Below, in pieces: positions 44,813 through 54,745 of a stretch of 55,389 nucleotides of DNA. Under the pieces are notes generated by a model, which saw only the letters and a program-made list of their open reading frames with translations, ran no database searches and was not told where the DNA came from. The DNA is from a virus. Taxonomy: Duplodnaviria > Caudoviricetes. Within the stretch, counting starts at the first letter, position 1. The number at the start of each line of letters is the position of its first letter. A program made the translations under genes and the position numbers. Location of the stretch: positions 1 through 55,389 of the IMG/VR virus record IMGVR_UViG_3300046811_000055. One strand, written 5' to 3'.

Positions 44813-46309
44813 TCAGGTACCGCTGCCCACCAGGATGAACGGTTCGCGTTTGCGCTTCGGGGCGTTCTGGTGACCCCAGAGGGCCAGCGTCAGAGCCCAC
44901 AGTGGGCTGATGTCCACCGTGATCGACTTGCGGTTCCACGTCCACGCTCCCTCGCTGAGAATCTTCTGACGAGCGCCTGCAAGGGCGAGCGCGACGGGAG
45001 CCTGACCGCGATGCCGGATGGACATACTGTCGGTGGCAGCATCATAGAACCCAGTACACGCTTGCGCCTCATCCATGCTTGACGGCGTCATCAGGAGTTT
45101 TTCCATTCTGAGTCCGATCAGCATCTCCCGGATATCCGAGACAAGGCTTCCGGCGGGACCTCTGGGGCTGATCACCACACCGCGCGCCTTGTGGTTCTGT
45201 ACCAACTCCTTGAGCCGATCGAGTACCCACGACGTCCCGTTGCCGTGTGCGATCAGCTCGACCGCCGGATGGCCATCGTCGTTCAGACCGGACACGCCGA
45301 TGGACGCCCGGGACCGGTCCGGGGTGACGTCGACGGAGAAGACGACGGGGTCCTTGATCTTGGCCGCGCTGACCAGTTCGGCCCAGACCTTCTGCGGGAT
45401 GACCGACCACGAGTCGGCGGTGACGGGCCAGTTGCCCACACCGAGTCGCTCCCGGGCGAACGCGATCGGGTCCATCGCGCGCTGCTCGCCGACGATGTAA
45501 TCCTCGGTCAGACCCGTGCCGTTACTGCGCTTGATACCGAGAGCAGGGTTGGCCGCAGCCCAGCCCTGACGGTCGAGCGGGTCGTAGTTGTTCTCGTCCA
45601 CGGACCATTCGAGGTAGGCGAGCTTGCCATCCTCGGGATCTGCGGCAATGGCGCGGTTGCGGACGTCGGCCAGCGCGGTGCTGATCTCCCAGCCGGCGGA
45701 GGAGGAGTACCAGAGCTGAGGGTTGGGCTTGCTGGACATCGTCGGGAGCATGGCTGAGATGTCCTGGCTGGCCAGGTTGTACGCCTCATCGAAGTAGATC
45801 GTGTCGCCCGAGAAGCCACGGCCGGAGCCGGAACCGCGCGCCATGAACTTCAGACGAGGGCCCGTACCGCCTCCGCCGCGGGCTGTGCCGAAGAGCTCGA
45901 TGCCCTCTTCACCGTGGGACGTGGGCATCCGCTTGACGCGCTTGCGGAGGGCATCGGAGTTGGTGATCAGTTCCCGGATGCGGATGAACGCTTCGAGCGA
46001 CGAGTTGAACTTGTTGGAGGAGTGCAACTGCAACCGCTCGGCGAAGAGGAAGAGGCCGGCGAGTTGACGGGCTTCGAGGATGCCGTTTTTGCCGTTCTGC
46101 CGGCTGACCACCAAACCGAGCTCGAACGCCGCCCAGGTGCTGTCCGGTCGGACGGCCAGCGCGACCCGGATCACGAGCTTCTGCCACGGGTCGAGCGTCA
46201 GCCCCGCGCTCTCGGCCAGGTCGATGCACGCATCCGCATGCCAGTCGTCCACCACGGAGGACGACGGCTGAAACAGGATGCGTGGCGTCTGCACACCGAA
46301 CAGGGTCAC
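44813..46309 (-). CDS. terL: Terminase large subunit
   Basis: LDPWQ, SRQNGK, GRGFSGD..YFDEA, ANPALG, FARERLG and DISPL. Confidence 0.95.
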   Translation of the reverse strand: MTLFGVQTPRILFQPSSSVVDDWHADACIDLAESAGLTLDPWQKLVIRVALAVRPDSTWAAFELGLVVSRQNGKNGILEARQLAGLFLFAERLQLHSSNKFNSSLEAFIRIRELITNSDALRKRVKRMPTSHGEEGIELFGTARGGGGTGPRLKFMARGSGSGRGFSGDTIYFDEAYNLASQDISAMLPTMSSKPNPQLWYSSSAGWEISTALADVRNRAIAADPEDGKLAYLEWSVDENNYDPLDRQGWAAANPALGIKRSNGTGLTEDYIVGEQRAMDPIAFARERLGVGNWPVTADSWSVIPQKVWAELVSAAKIKDPVVFSVDVTPDRSRASIGVSGLNDDGHPAVELIAHGNGTSWVLDRLKELVQNHKARGVVISPRGPAGSLVSDIREMLIGLRMEKLLMTPSSMDEAQACTGFYDAATDSMSIRHRGQAPVALALAGARQKILSEGAWTWNRKSITVDISPLWALTLALWGHQNAPKRKREPFILVGSGT

Positions 46310-46416
46310 GGTTCGCAGTATGGCTCAAGACACGCAGAAGCCCCGGCGCCCGGCGCGGTTTTATGCGCGCTGGCATTCCGGGGCTTCCGCACCCAAGCAC
46401 CAAACTCAACCCGTAG

Positions 46417-46662
46417 TCAGGATAGCGGGTTTTCGTCCTCTAGGACCAAGCCGCCATCTTCCCCAACCGTGTACAGCATCTTGCAGCCGTCCGGAAATTT
46501 AACCTCGACGTGATCCCCGGCTGGACGCCCCCGGCCGTACCAGGTCAGTCGCTCCGGCGAGAGATCGAAGCGGGCATGGCCTACGTGCTCCAGAGGCCGA
46601 AGCTTCGGCCGACGACCGATCCTGATGAAGAAACGGCCGATCCGGAATTGTCGCTCGGTCAC
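46417..46662 (-). CDS. Hypothetical protein
   Basis: 81-aa ORF in operon. Confidence 0.45.
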   Translation of the reverse strand: MTERQFRIGRFFIRIGRRPKLRPLEHVGHARFDLSPERLTWYGRGRPAGDHVEVKFPDGCKMLYTVGEDGGLVLEDENPLS

Positions 46663-46664
46663 GT

Positions 46665-47043
46665 CTAGCGCACCTCGGGCTCAGGGATGACGACACTCGG
46701 CTTGAGGATGACCTTGTAGTGGTTCGGGCTGACGCCGGACGTACCGAGCTGCTCGTACCACCAGAGCACGTTGTCGGACTTGCCGAGCGCGTTGCGCTTG
46801 TACTCGTTGCCGACCTTGCAGGTCACGGTCATGCGCTCGGTGTTGCCGGGGTCGACCGAGCAGAACCCCTCGATCACCATGATGTATTTGTCGAGGATGG
46901 CGTTGTAGAACACCACGCGCCGATTGACCTTGAAGTTATCGGCATCCTTGTCGAGGTTCTTGTTCACGACGTCGCTGTCGTTCGAGCAGCCCGTCAGTAC
47001 GAGCAGCGCTGCGGCGATGACGGCGATCAGGATCTTTTTCATG
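46665..47043 (-). CDS. Phage lipoprotein
   Basis: Lipobox LTGC; DADNF.V.RRVVFYN. Confidence 0.75.
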
Positions 47044-47062
47044 CTTGCCCTCCGGTTGGTGG

Positions 47063-47473
47063 TCACGCGATCAGGGTCCACGGACCGCAGTTGCTGGTCT
47101 TGAAGTACTCGCCCTTTCTGAGGTTCACGTACGAGCGTCCGGGCGGGGCGTCGTTGGTGATGAACGCCTTGTCGCCCGGCTGGGCGTTCGGGTCGGTGGT
47201 GAGCTGCCAGTAGCAGAACAGGCCACGGTCGGGGCCGGAGGACTGGTAGCGACCGGCGGGGGCATCCGTGCCGATCAGCCATTGACCGTCCTTGAGCCCC
47301 TTGGCGGTGGCCGGCGCGACCGCGGTGGCGGTCGGCGTGACCGGTCGCGGGAGGTTGACCTTGGGAGCCCCGCCGTCACTGTTCCCAAGGACGGACGAGC
47401 CGACCCCACAGCAGACCAGCAGGAGGAGCAGGGCGATCGCTCCGATGAGCACGCCCTTGACTGTCTTGCTCAT
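47063..47473 (-). CDS. Membrane-anchored protein
   Basis: N-terminal TM; DG.W.IG.D..AG.Y..CYW...C..W. Confidence 0.7.
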   Translation of the reverse strand: MSKTVKGVLIGAIALLLLLVCCGVGSSVLGNSDGGAPKVNLPRPVTPTATAVAPATAKGLKDGQWLIGTDAPAGRYQSSGPDRGLFCYWQLTTDPNAQPGDKAFITNDAPPGRSYVNLRKGEYFKTSNCGPWTLIA

Positions 47474-48027
47474 CGGAAGTCCCTCGCTTTGAGCTTGGCC
47501 ATCCGGCCGTCGGGGTGATGCCAGACGATGCCCTCGAACGGGAACCGGAGATCCGAGCTCGCCATAAGCGCCTTGAACGCCTCGAATGTCCGGCCGCCCG
47601 TCGGCTCCTGGAGCCGGGGCGCATCGGCGTGCCGGATCAACGCGTGGTGGTCGTACTGCTCTGGATTGCCGTTGATCTTGGGGCCGATCAGCTCGTACGT
47701 GCCCTCTGGCATGACCGGCTCGCCATGCTGGCGCGCCTCATCGAACATGCGGAAAAACGGTGAGGCTGGGATGGCTTCCCATCCGACCGTCTTGCCGGTC
47801 ACCTCGTCCGTGCCGATCGCCTGGAACGTCGGAGGAATTGGTTTGCCCGGCTTGACCTCCCTACGCCCCCACCAAGTCAGACCGTCGTACATCACGCACG
47901 TTCCGTCGCACTTGCGGGTCGGCGTGCCCTCGCCCGCGAGCACCCATTCGCAGCCCGGGGTGACCTCAGGCAGGACGTGCCTACGGTCGTCAGGGTCGCG
48001 CTGGAACAGGGTCGGAATCTTTCTCAT
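47470..48027 (-). CDS. ATP-dependent RNA ligase-like protein (DUF5565/RLIG1-like)
   Basis: KIPTLF, motif I RKCDGT, TYELIGPKINGNP, EGIVW and MAKLK. Confidence 0.7.
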   Translation of the reverse strand: MRKIPTLFQRDPDDRRHVLPEVTPGCEWVLAGEGTPTRKCDGTCVMYDGLTWWGRREVKPGKPIPPTFQAIGTDEVTGKTVGWEAIPASPFFRMFDEARQHGEPVMPEGTYELIGPKINGNPEQYDHHALIRHADAPRLQEPTGGRTFEAFKALMASSDLRFPFEGIVWHHPDGRMAKLKARDFR

Positions 48028-48387
48028 GGTGCGACCTTTCGCAGACGTTTGGCGACACGGGACTGGAAGCGGCGGGCGCGCCACAGGCGGATGCGCGCAC
48101 GGAGGATGCGGTTTGGTGCGTAACGACGCTCGGGCCGGAAGATCGGGTCATCCGGCGTGCGAGACGTCAGTTCGGAATTCAGGTCGGACGCGTGGGTCAG
48201 CGCGCCGTGAAAGGTGAGGAACGCTCGCCTCGACTCGTGGTCGCGGATCGGGAGGTGGGACAGCGGGTGCACCGCACGGACCGTCCACTTCCGGATCACC
48301 GGACCATCCTCGGTCGGGCAGTCGCGGGCAGGATGCATCCGCAGAGGTTGCAGCGCCAGTACCAGGCGGTTGGAACCAACTCGCCAC

Positions 48388-48687
48388 TCACGCGGGCCAG
48401 CCGCCCTCGGGGGCCTCATAGGTCGCGTGGAGGACTTCAAGGTCACACGGGTAGAACTCGCCCTTGACGCCGCAGATGATCCACTGACCGGCGGCTACGC
48501 CTACCCACGTGCCGTGCAGGCGGTCGAACACCTCGGCGATCACCGTGCGGGATTCGGCCTGGTACGGCTCGTCCAGCAGATGGAAGTTCTCGACGCCGGT
48601 GAAGTCCTTCACCTGACCCGGGTTGGTCCCGTAGAACGGGGTCGCCGTCACCGTGACGGGCTTCTTGGTAATGCGGTACTCGGTCAT
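48388..48687 (-). CDS. Phage protein with GEFYPC motif
   Basis: KKPV.V.A...G.WII.GVKGEFYPC....TYE. Confidence 0.7.
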   Translation of the reverse strand: MTEYRITKKPVTVTATPFYGTNPGQVKDFTGVENFHLLDEPYQAESRTVIAEVFDRLHGTWVGVAAGQWIICGVKGEFYPCDLEVLHATYEAPEGGWPA

Positions 48688-48953
48688 GACTTCCTCTTCA
48701 GGGTCGGGCGGCCGTAGCGGTCCTTGGAGACGACTTCGAGCAGGCCATCGGCGACGGCTTGGATGAGCACGTCCTTGGCGGTGCGCCAACTAATCGGGCT
48801 GGTTCGGCGCATCGCGACGATGACGTCACGGCGGTCGATCTCGCCCGCCTCGCCGATCGCGAGCCACGCTGCGGCCCATGCGTCGGCCGTGTTCGGGCGG
48901 AGGTTCTCGGGGCGGGTGCGGCGCGGAACGGCCGGGATCGGGTCGGTGGTCAC
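48684..48953 (-). CDS. Hypothetical, possible winged-helix protein
   Basis: 89 aa, helical with terminal hairpin. Confidence 0.5.
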   Translation of the reverse strand: MTTDPIPAVPRRTRPENLRPNTADAWAAAWLAIGEAGEIDRRDVIVAMRRTSPISWRTAKDVLIQAVADGLLEVVSKDRYGRPTLKRKS

Positions 48954-49118
48954 TTGGCCCTCGCTTCGTCCAGCTCATCGAGCAGGCCCAGGACGACGGC
49001 GGGGGTAGCGGCCAGGAAGAACGCGAGTCGCTGGGCGGAGGGGCGGCCGGGCCATTCCTTCGGTCCAGTGGCCAGTTGCTCGGCAGCGGCTTCGGCGGAC
49101 GCTCGGAGTTCGGCGTGC

Positions 49119-50405
49119 TCAGGCATTGGCTTCCTCCATTCCAGGGAGCGGCTCTTGCGGGGCGAATCCGATGGCAGACTCCGGGACGTTCCACTTCTGC
49201 CGGCGACGCTTCATCAGGTCCATGTAGGCGGAGTACGCCGTTGACTTGTGCTGCGTGAAGCCCAACCCCTTGCAGTAGTGGTCATTGCGGAGGAGCGACT
49301 TGCAGACCCGGCGCCAGGACGGGGCGAGCCGCTGGGCTTCCAGCTCGTAGGGCGACTCGTCCGGGATGCCATCGGAGTAGCCGCGCTCCACCCACCACTT
49401 CTCGTGCAGCATGATCTTGTTGCGGTAGTGCTCAGAGACAGAAGGCGGCATCGAAGAGACGAGCAACTCGGCGAACGAACGCCAGGTGTGTCCGTCCGGC
49501 TTGGTGATCTTGCGGTAGCCGTTGACGTTGCCCCACTCCTGCACATAGAGGCTTCCGCCGTTCGCGCCGTTCACCCGGGCGACCACGCGAGCCCACGTCT
49601 CCGGCTCGATCAGGTGGAACAGCCAGAGACCGCGCCGCTGGTCGTCGCCGTACGGCTGGCAGATGCGCATCTGGTTAATCGTCAGTCCGGCCATGCCCAT
49701 CAGGTCGTAGAGCCGGTTGTACGGACGGTCGGGGTTCTTGCCGTGATACGTCCAGATGTCCGCCGTCTTCCAGTCGTAGATCGGGTAGACGTTGTGGACG
49801 TGGTCGGTGACGAGCGTGGTCCACTGCTTGCCCTCGGCCGTGACCTTGTTGCGGCTCGCGATGGTGCGGTACCGGTTGAGCGACTCGTCCGCCCGGATGC
49901 CGACCATGCAGGCCGTCGGCTCGCCCTGGCTGTACCACTCGCCGAAAAGCGGGACGAACTCCTCGAACTCCATGCCGCGCTCAAACCACGGGAAGAACTC
50001 GGGGTCGGTGATCGGCAGGGCGGTCAGGCCCAGGTCGGGAGGCTGGCGGATCCACGCGTCCTTCTGATCGGGATCCCAGCACTCCCACTTGGGCTGATAG
50101 ACGGAGACGGCGTTGCGGAGCGCGATCGGCAGGCAGACCCAGTACGGGTCTGCCACGTCGGCGTAGTCCTCGAACATCTTCCGGCCGTGCTCGATCGTGA
50201 CCTGGTACTGCCCCTCAAGGTCAACCAGCAGGAGACCAAATCGGCGCCCGCGCTTCCGGGCCTCGTCCGCGATCAGGTGGACCATGACCGTGCTGTCCTT
50301 GCCTGCGGAGTAACTGGCGTAGACGCGCGGGAAGCGGTCGAACGTCCATGCAATGCGCTCGCGCGCCGCAGTCAGAACGTCCATGCCGAGAGCGGACTTA
50401 GGCAT
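49119..50405 (-). CDS. IbrA/YbdN-like PAPS-reductase-family protein (DUF3440-like)
   Basis: PP-loop SYSAGKDS, GIRADESLNR, YPIYDW and MRICQPYGDDQR. Confidence 0.85.
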   Translation of the reverse strand: MPKSALGMDVLTAARERIAWTFDRFPRVYASYSAGKDSTVMVHLIADEARKRGRRFGLLLVDLEGQYQVTIEHGRKMFEDYADVADPYWVCLPIALRNAVSVYQPKWECWDPDQKDAWIRQPPDLGLTALPITDPEFFPWFERGMEFEEFVPLFGEWYSQGEPTACMVGIRADESLNRYRTIASRNKVTAEGKQWTTLVTDHVHNVYPIYDWKTADIWTYHGKNPDRPYNRLYDLMGMAGLTINQMRICQPYGDDQRRGLWLFHLIEPETWARVVARVNGANGGSLYVQEWGNVNGYRKITKPDGHTWRSFAELLVSSMPPSVSEHYRNKIMLHEKWWVERGYSDGIPDESPYELEAQRLAPSWRRVCKSLLRNDHYCKGLGFTQHKSTAYSAYMDLMKRRRQKWNVPESAIGFAPQEPLPGMEEANA

Positions 50406-50817
50406 CCTCGGTCTCCTCATCAAACAGGCCGGGCTGGATCGTGGCCGGCACCGGCACGTTCGCCTGCTCCCATTCATGGATGACGATCTCGGCCATGTTG
50501 TTCGCGGCTTTGCGCTGTGCGTCGGAGAGGTTCGACCACGCGACCTTGGTGGCGTTGGCCGGCGCGAGGTTGTTGATCATGCAGGCCGCCCAACCGAGCC
50601 ACGCCCGACGGTTCTGGTCGGGGTTGCTCATCTGGTGCAGCGCGGCGTTCGGCCAGCTGGCCACCGCGGTCTGCATGGCGATGCGAAGACGCTCGGGATC
50701 GGCGAGCAGGGCCTGAGCGTCGATCACCTGGCGGGGCGAGTGGGTCAGCGCGTACATGCCGACGCCGTAGTCCTCCCACTGGTGATAAGGCAGCGACACG
50801 CGCTGAATCTCAGGCAT
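50398..50817 (-). CDS. Hypothetical protein between the IbrB-like and IbrA-like genes
   Basis: WEDY..GM, NRRAWLG.AAC and Q..AN. Confidence 0.7.
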   Translation of the reverse strand: MPEIQRVSLPYHQWEDYGVGMYALTHSPRQVIDAQALLADPERLRIAMQTAVASWPNAALHQMSNPDQNRRAWLGWAACMINNLAPANATKVAWSNLSDAQRKAANNMAEIVIHEWEQANVPVPATIQPGLFDEETEDA

Positions 50818-51511
50818 CCTCGGACACCTGCTCGTAAGCGTCTTCGAGGCTCTCGATGTCGTTTTCCTCCGCCTGCCACGCTTCGGAGAAGTCACGGTCG
50901 GCGAATGCCACGGCGAGGCCGGCGACCTGGGTTAGGCGGAGAACTTCGTCAGCGTCCATGCCGAGCTGTGTGCCGATTTTCTTGTCGGACCAGTTGCGGC
51001 GCTTGAGCTCCAGCACGATGTCGGACATCGCTTCGACCTTGTGCTTACCGCGCGCCCGGTTGTGCCGGATCGTGCTCGCGATGCGGTCGCCACGGTCGAC
51101 ACGGTCGGCGCGGATCTGGACCACGGGCAGGTAGCCGTGGAGGCGTTCGCGGACGTCGGCCAGTTCCTTGCCGACGCGGTTGCGGTGGAAGCCGTCGACC
51201 ACCACGCGTTGGTCGTCTTCGCGGTTGGTGACGATGGGCTGGGTGAAGCCATCAGCCATCACCGACAGGCGAAGAAGTTCCATCTCCGGCGGCGCCACGG
51301 CGTTCGGGTTGTAATCGTTGGCGGCTACCTCTCCGGCCTCAACCCACTCGACCAGGTCGACGGGCTCGCCGGCGAACGGGCTCGCTTCGTGCAGTTCGAT
51401 GCGGGCGGCGTTGAAGAGCGCGACCTGGTCGGCGAGATTGGCCGGCAGGTGCTTGCGGATCCAGAGTTCGAGTTCGGCAATGGCCGTTTCGGGCGAGTAG
51501 TCGTCGGTCAT
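50810..51511 (-). CDS. IbrB/YbdM-like ParB/Srx-domain protein
   Basis: ANDYNPN.VAPPEM.LL, DGFTQPIV, VDGFHR and STIRHNRARG. Confidence 0.85.
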   Translation of the reverse strand: MTDDYSPETAIAELELWIRKHLPANLADQVALFNAARIELHEASPFAGEPVDLVEWVEAGEVAANDYNPNAVAPPEMELLRLSVMADGFTQPIVTNREDDQRVVVDGFHRNRVGKELADVRERLHGYLPVVQIRADRVDRGDRIASTIRHNRARGKHKVEAMSDIVLELKRRNWSDKKIGTQLGMDADEVLRLTQVAGLAVAFADRDFSEAWQAEENDIESLEDAYEQVSEDA

Positions 51512-52647
51512 CGGGGCCTCCGGATCGGCATCATGGTGTGCAGGTAGGTCGGGTCCTTGGGGCTCGTAACCAGGACGGGCTTCAGCGGGCCGTTGATCGT
51601 CAGTTCGGCCTGCTCGCCGACGCTGCCGATGGCGGTCATGAGATAGGTCGGGTTGGCCGTGATCTGGACGTCGGGGCCCACGTGGTCGCAGGACAGTTCG
51701 GCGGTGATCTGGCCCTTGCCGGAGCCCGCACGAAGGATGAGTCGCTCGCCGAATTCGAGCGTGACGGGCTCCTTGTCCTCCTGCACCATGGCCGCCCGCT
51801 TGAGTGCGTCGGTGACCTCTTCGACGTTGATCACGGTCGGGGTCTCGGAACGTTGCGGGATGCGCGAGCCGTAGCCTGCGGGGAACTGCTGGGCTGGGAG
51901 CAGGCGGGAGACGATCGTGCGGGTGCCCGTGCTGAACGAAACCGCGGTCTCGCGGTCGCTCACGCCGATGGACAGCGGACCGTCGTAGTCGCAGACCTTG
52001 AGGACGCTGTCGAGGACGGGCCCCGGGACGAGGATCGGGAAGTCGACCTGCTCGGCCGCCCCGAGTGCCATCTGCCAGCCCGAGACGGAGTTCGTTGCGA
52101 GCTGGTACCGATTGGACGCCGTAACGATCAGGCCGTGGTCACCGAACGCGATGTGGACACCCGTCAGGGCGGGAAGGCTCGCGATCGTCCCGGTGATGTC
52201 ACAGGCGGGCAGGACGCGCCCCACCTCCTTGGCGAACTGCTGCGCGTTGATCTGCCCGATTGGTTCGGGCGCCACGGGCAGGGACGGGTAATCCTCTGCG
52301 GGCATCAGGGGCAGGGTCGCCCGGACGGGTCCGCAAGTGAGCGTCATCTGCTCATCGCTGACATCGATCGTGACGGGCTTGGGCGGCAGGCTCTTGACCA
52401 GCGCGTCCAGCAAGCGCCCCGAGACGACGCAACGGCCTGCCGACCGCTCCATCAGCTCGTCCGGCTGGAGCGTGGCAGTGGTCGAGACCTCGTGGTCGAA
52501 CCCCGTGAACGCCACGTCATGGGACTGCGGGTAGCCGAACTCGATCAGCATGCCCGCGAGGATCGGGAGGTCGGGCTTGCTCGGCACTCGGCGCGCAGCC
52601 CAGGAAACGGCAGAGGCCAGTCTGCGCGGGTCGGTCGTGAAGTTCAC
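51508..52647 (-). CDS. dnaN: DNA polymerase III beta sliding clamp
   Basis: 379 aa; P.LPILAG, GFD.EVS, VSGRLL, LPLMP.EDYP.LP, ASNRYQL and MMPIR. Confidence 0.85.
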   Translation of the reverse strand: MNFTTDPRRLASAVSWAARRVPSKPDLPILAGMLIEFGYPQSHDVAFTGFDHEVSTTATLQPDELMERSAGRCVVSGRLLDALVKSLPPKPVTIDVSDEQMTLTCGPVRATLPLMPAEDYPSLPVAPEPIGQINAQQFAKEVGRVLPACDITGTIASLPALTGVHIAFGDHGLIVTASNRYQLATNSVSGWQMALGAAEQVDFPILVPGPVLDSVLKVCDYDGPLSIGVSDRETAVSFSTGTRTIVSRLLPAQQFPAGYGSRIPQRSETPTVINVEEVTDALKRAAMVQEDKEPVTLEFGERLILRAGSGKGQITAELSCDHVGPDVQITANPTYLMTAIGSVGEQAELTINGPLKPVLVTSPKDPTYLHTMMPIRRPR

Positions 52648-52946
52648 GGCTGCATGCCGAAGTGCTCGGTCCAGTAGTTCACAGCGACGCCGTGCGCCTT
52701 CGCGTACTCGATTTCCGACTGAGTCGACTCGCCAATGTGGGTACCGATCACGCAGACGTCGCTGGAGAGGTCAATCTTCGCCTTGTGCATGCGGTCCAGC
52801 GCTTCCTTGGCGGCGCCCGATTCGTTGGCTACGAAGGGTGCCAGCACGATCCAACCCTGCGAGGTGAGTTTCCCGGCCACCTCGATCATCTTGTCGAAAT
52901 AGCGCATTGAGCCACAGATGGTCACGATCTTGAACGCATCAACCAT
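52644..52946 (-). CDS. Nucleoside deoxyribosyltransferase-like Rossmann protein
   Basis: TICGSMR, H..KID.S and IGEST..EI.YA. Confidence 0.6.
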   Translation of the reverse strand: MVDAFKIVTICGSMRYFDKMIEVAGKLTSQGWIVLAPFVANESGAAKEALDRMHKAKIDLSSDVCVIGTHIGESTQSEIEYAKAHGVAVNYWTEHFGMQP

Positions 52947-52957
52947 TTCTTCGCCCT

Positions 52958-53005
52958 CCGTTGTCAGGTGTCGTAATCGTACCGACACCTGACAACGGTT
53001 GGCAA
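52958..53005 (-). promoter_or_regulatory. Promoter whose -10 lies between 16-bp perfect inverted repeats
   Basis: TTGCCA-N18-TACGAT; arms at 52958-52973 and 52983-52998. Confidence 0.7.
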
Positions 53006-53006
53006 G

Positions 53007-53219
53007 TCACTCAACGGCGGCGAGGCCCGCGAGGTGGCTGAAGAACATCTGGATACCGACGTCGAGCACGCCGGAGAAGTCGGCAGTGATGACGCCAGGA
53101 AACTGACCGCCACAAGCGCACCGGAAGGAGACGAGGTACGAGCGGGAGGCGGGCTGATTCTCGGCCGTGAGCGTCTGGATCGCGTGGCCGGCGACTCCCC
53201 CGATCGGCAGACCAGTCAC
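53007..53219 (-). CDS. Hypothetical protein
   Basis: 70 aa, GTGA coupling. Confidence 0.45.
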   Translation of the reverse strand: MTGLPIGGVAGHAIQTLTAENQPASRSYLVSFRCACGGQFPGVITADFSGVLDVGIQMFFSHLAGLAAVE

Positions 53220-53373
53220 AGGTCATACTCCAGGCATCCGGGCTTACCGCACCAACAGGCCGTGGCGTAGATCATCTCGCCGAACACCGGCCCGTCGCCC
53301 TGCTCGTCCACGTCGATCGGGGAGTGGTCGGGGTCCTCGGGCATCTCGTTCGAGCCGGGAATCGGGCTGCACA

Positions 53374-53796
53374 TCACGCACCTGCCCTTCGCTGACGCAT
53401 CCGCTCCAAGACGTCCTCGGTGGCGTCCTTGGTCTGGCCGGGGGGCTTGGATGCCCGGATCGCGTCCATGGTCATCCGGAGTTCGTGCAGGCACGCTGCG
53501 GCGGCCGAGCCGGTGGATTCGGTCGCTTTTTCGGCCGCCATGATCGCGGATTGGCCTTCTGCGCTCTCGGTGAGCCCTAGCGCGGCGATCTGGCGCCGGA
53601 CGGCCGAAATCAGGTCCGCGGCGAGCTCGGTTCCGCCCCGTTCGGCATCTTCGGCCATTGGGCCGTGATCGAAGAGGAACGCATCGTCCTCAGGGTTCAG
53701 CTCGGCCGAATTGGAGCGCGGACCGTCCCTGAGCGGGTCGAAACGTGTCCTCGGGGTGCCACGGCTGTTCAGGGGCACGTCAGGGTCGGTAGGCAC
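53374..53796 (-). CDS. Probable terminase small subunit
   Basis: Helical; A....ELR.T...I followed by D.LE.MR.RR C-terminus typical of actinophage TerS. Confidence 0.55.
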   Translation of the reverse strand: MPTDPDVPLNSRGTPRTRFDPLRDGPRSNSAELNPEDDAFLFDHGPMAEDAERGGTELAADLISAVRRQIAALGLTESAEGQSAIMAAEKATESTGSAAAACLHELRMTMDAIRASKPPGQTKDATEDVLERMRQRRAGA

Positions 53797-53971
53797 GAAA
53801 AACCGTCTCTCCGTCGACTCTCGGGTGTGCTTCGGTATCGAAAATGCCGTGATCGCACAGAACGCACGTCCAGTCGGCCGGATCCTCGCCCATCTCGGCG
53901 ACATGCGGACCTAGTCCGAGCTGACAGCGTTCGAGGCCGTTCCAGCCCTCTGGCTTGAAGCCGTCGGTCAT
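53780..53971 (-). CDS. Hypothetical protein
   Basis: MTDGFKPEGW..., coupled. Confidence 0.45.
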   Translation of the reverse strand: MTDGFKPEGWNGLERCQLGLGPHVAEMGEDPADWTCVLCDHGIFDTEAHPRVDGETVFRAYRP

Positions 53972-54390
53972 TCGGTCACCGACCAGCCGAGAGTGTTGCG
54001 TATGCCGGTAGGCGACCAATCGGCCGTGGTCGCCGGATCAGCGTCGAGTTCGGTCGGCCCCTTCGCGCGGAACCACGCCCTCATGAGGAAGTGGCGGTTG
54101 TCGTCGTGATACTGGACCATGACCGGATTTCCGGCGGCATCCAGCACGGGATTGCCGTCGTCGTCGGTCTCTTCGTACTCGTGGTCGCGGATGAGCGGCT
54201 CGTACTCCGTCAGGCTGACGTCGTCCCGGCGGACCCATCGGCCCTCGCCGAACCTCTCGTCCGCGAGCCGGGTGAGGCCGTCGGCCAACAGCGTCTCGTG
54301 GATGTTCGCCAGGCCGGGATCGGCCATCATGTCCGGCGAAAAGCCCTGCTCGACGTACGCCCTCTCCCACGGGATGAATCCGTCGGTCAC
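53968..54390 (-). CDS. Hypothetical protein
   Basis: GGAGG RBS, GTG start. Confidence 0.55.
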   Translation of the reverse strand: MTDGFIPWERAYVEQGFSPDMMADPGLANIHETLLADGLTRLADERFGEGRWVRRDDVSLTEYEPLIRDHEYEETDDDGNPVLDAAGNPVMVQYHDDNRHFLMRAWFRAKGPTELDADPATTADWSPTGIRNTLGWSVTE

Positions 54391-54547
54391 TCGGGCCTCC
54401 CGGTGAGCTTTTCCATGAGTTCGGTCGCGGCGGACAGCCAACGCGGCGCGGGAGCCTCGAAACGGGGGCAGATGCCCTCAGGGGCGTCGGCGGGGTCGAT
54501 GTTCGCGTGTTCCGACCTGGGGGCCGAGCAACGAACGCACCGAGGGC

Positions 54548-54745
54548 TCATGGCAGTGGCTTTCGCAGGTCAGCGATGAAGTTCTCGAAGTCGAGGCGGC
54601 AGTTCGCACACAGGACCAGTTGGCGGACGTGAATCCCGGGCCTCTCACGGAAGCCCCTACCGGTCAGGCATGAGATCGACACGCCCAGCTCGTTGGCGAT
54701 CTCGGCTCCGCAGCGGTCGCACTCGTAAATGGGCCGCGAGCCCAT
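54548..54745 (-). CDS. Small Zn-finger protein
   Basis: CDRCG...LCANC. Confidence 0.6.
   Translation of the reverse strand: MGSRPIYECDRCGAEIANELGVSISCLTGRGFRERPGIHVRQLVLCANCRLDFENFIADLRKPLP

Noticed and set aside
50810-51511. ParB as a plasmid partition protein
   Set aside because: Motifs and linkage match the IbrB/YbdM type, and no ParA is present
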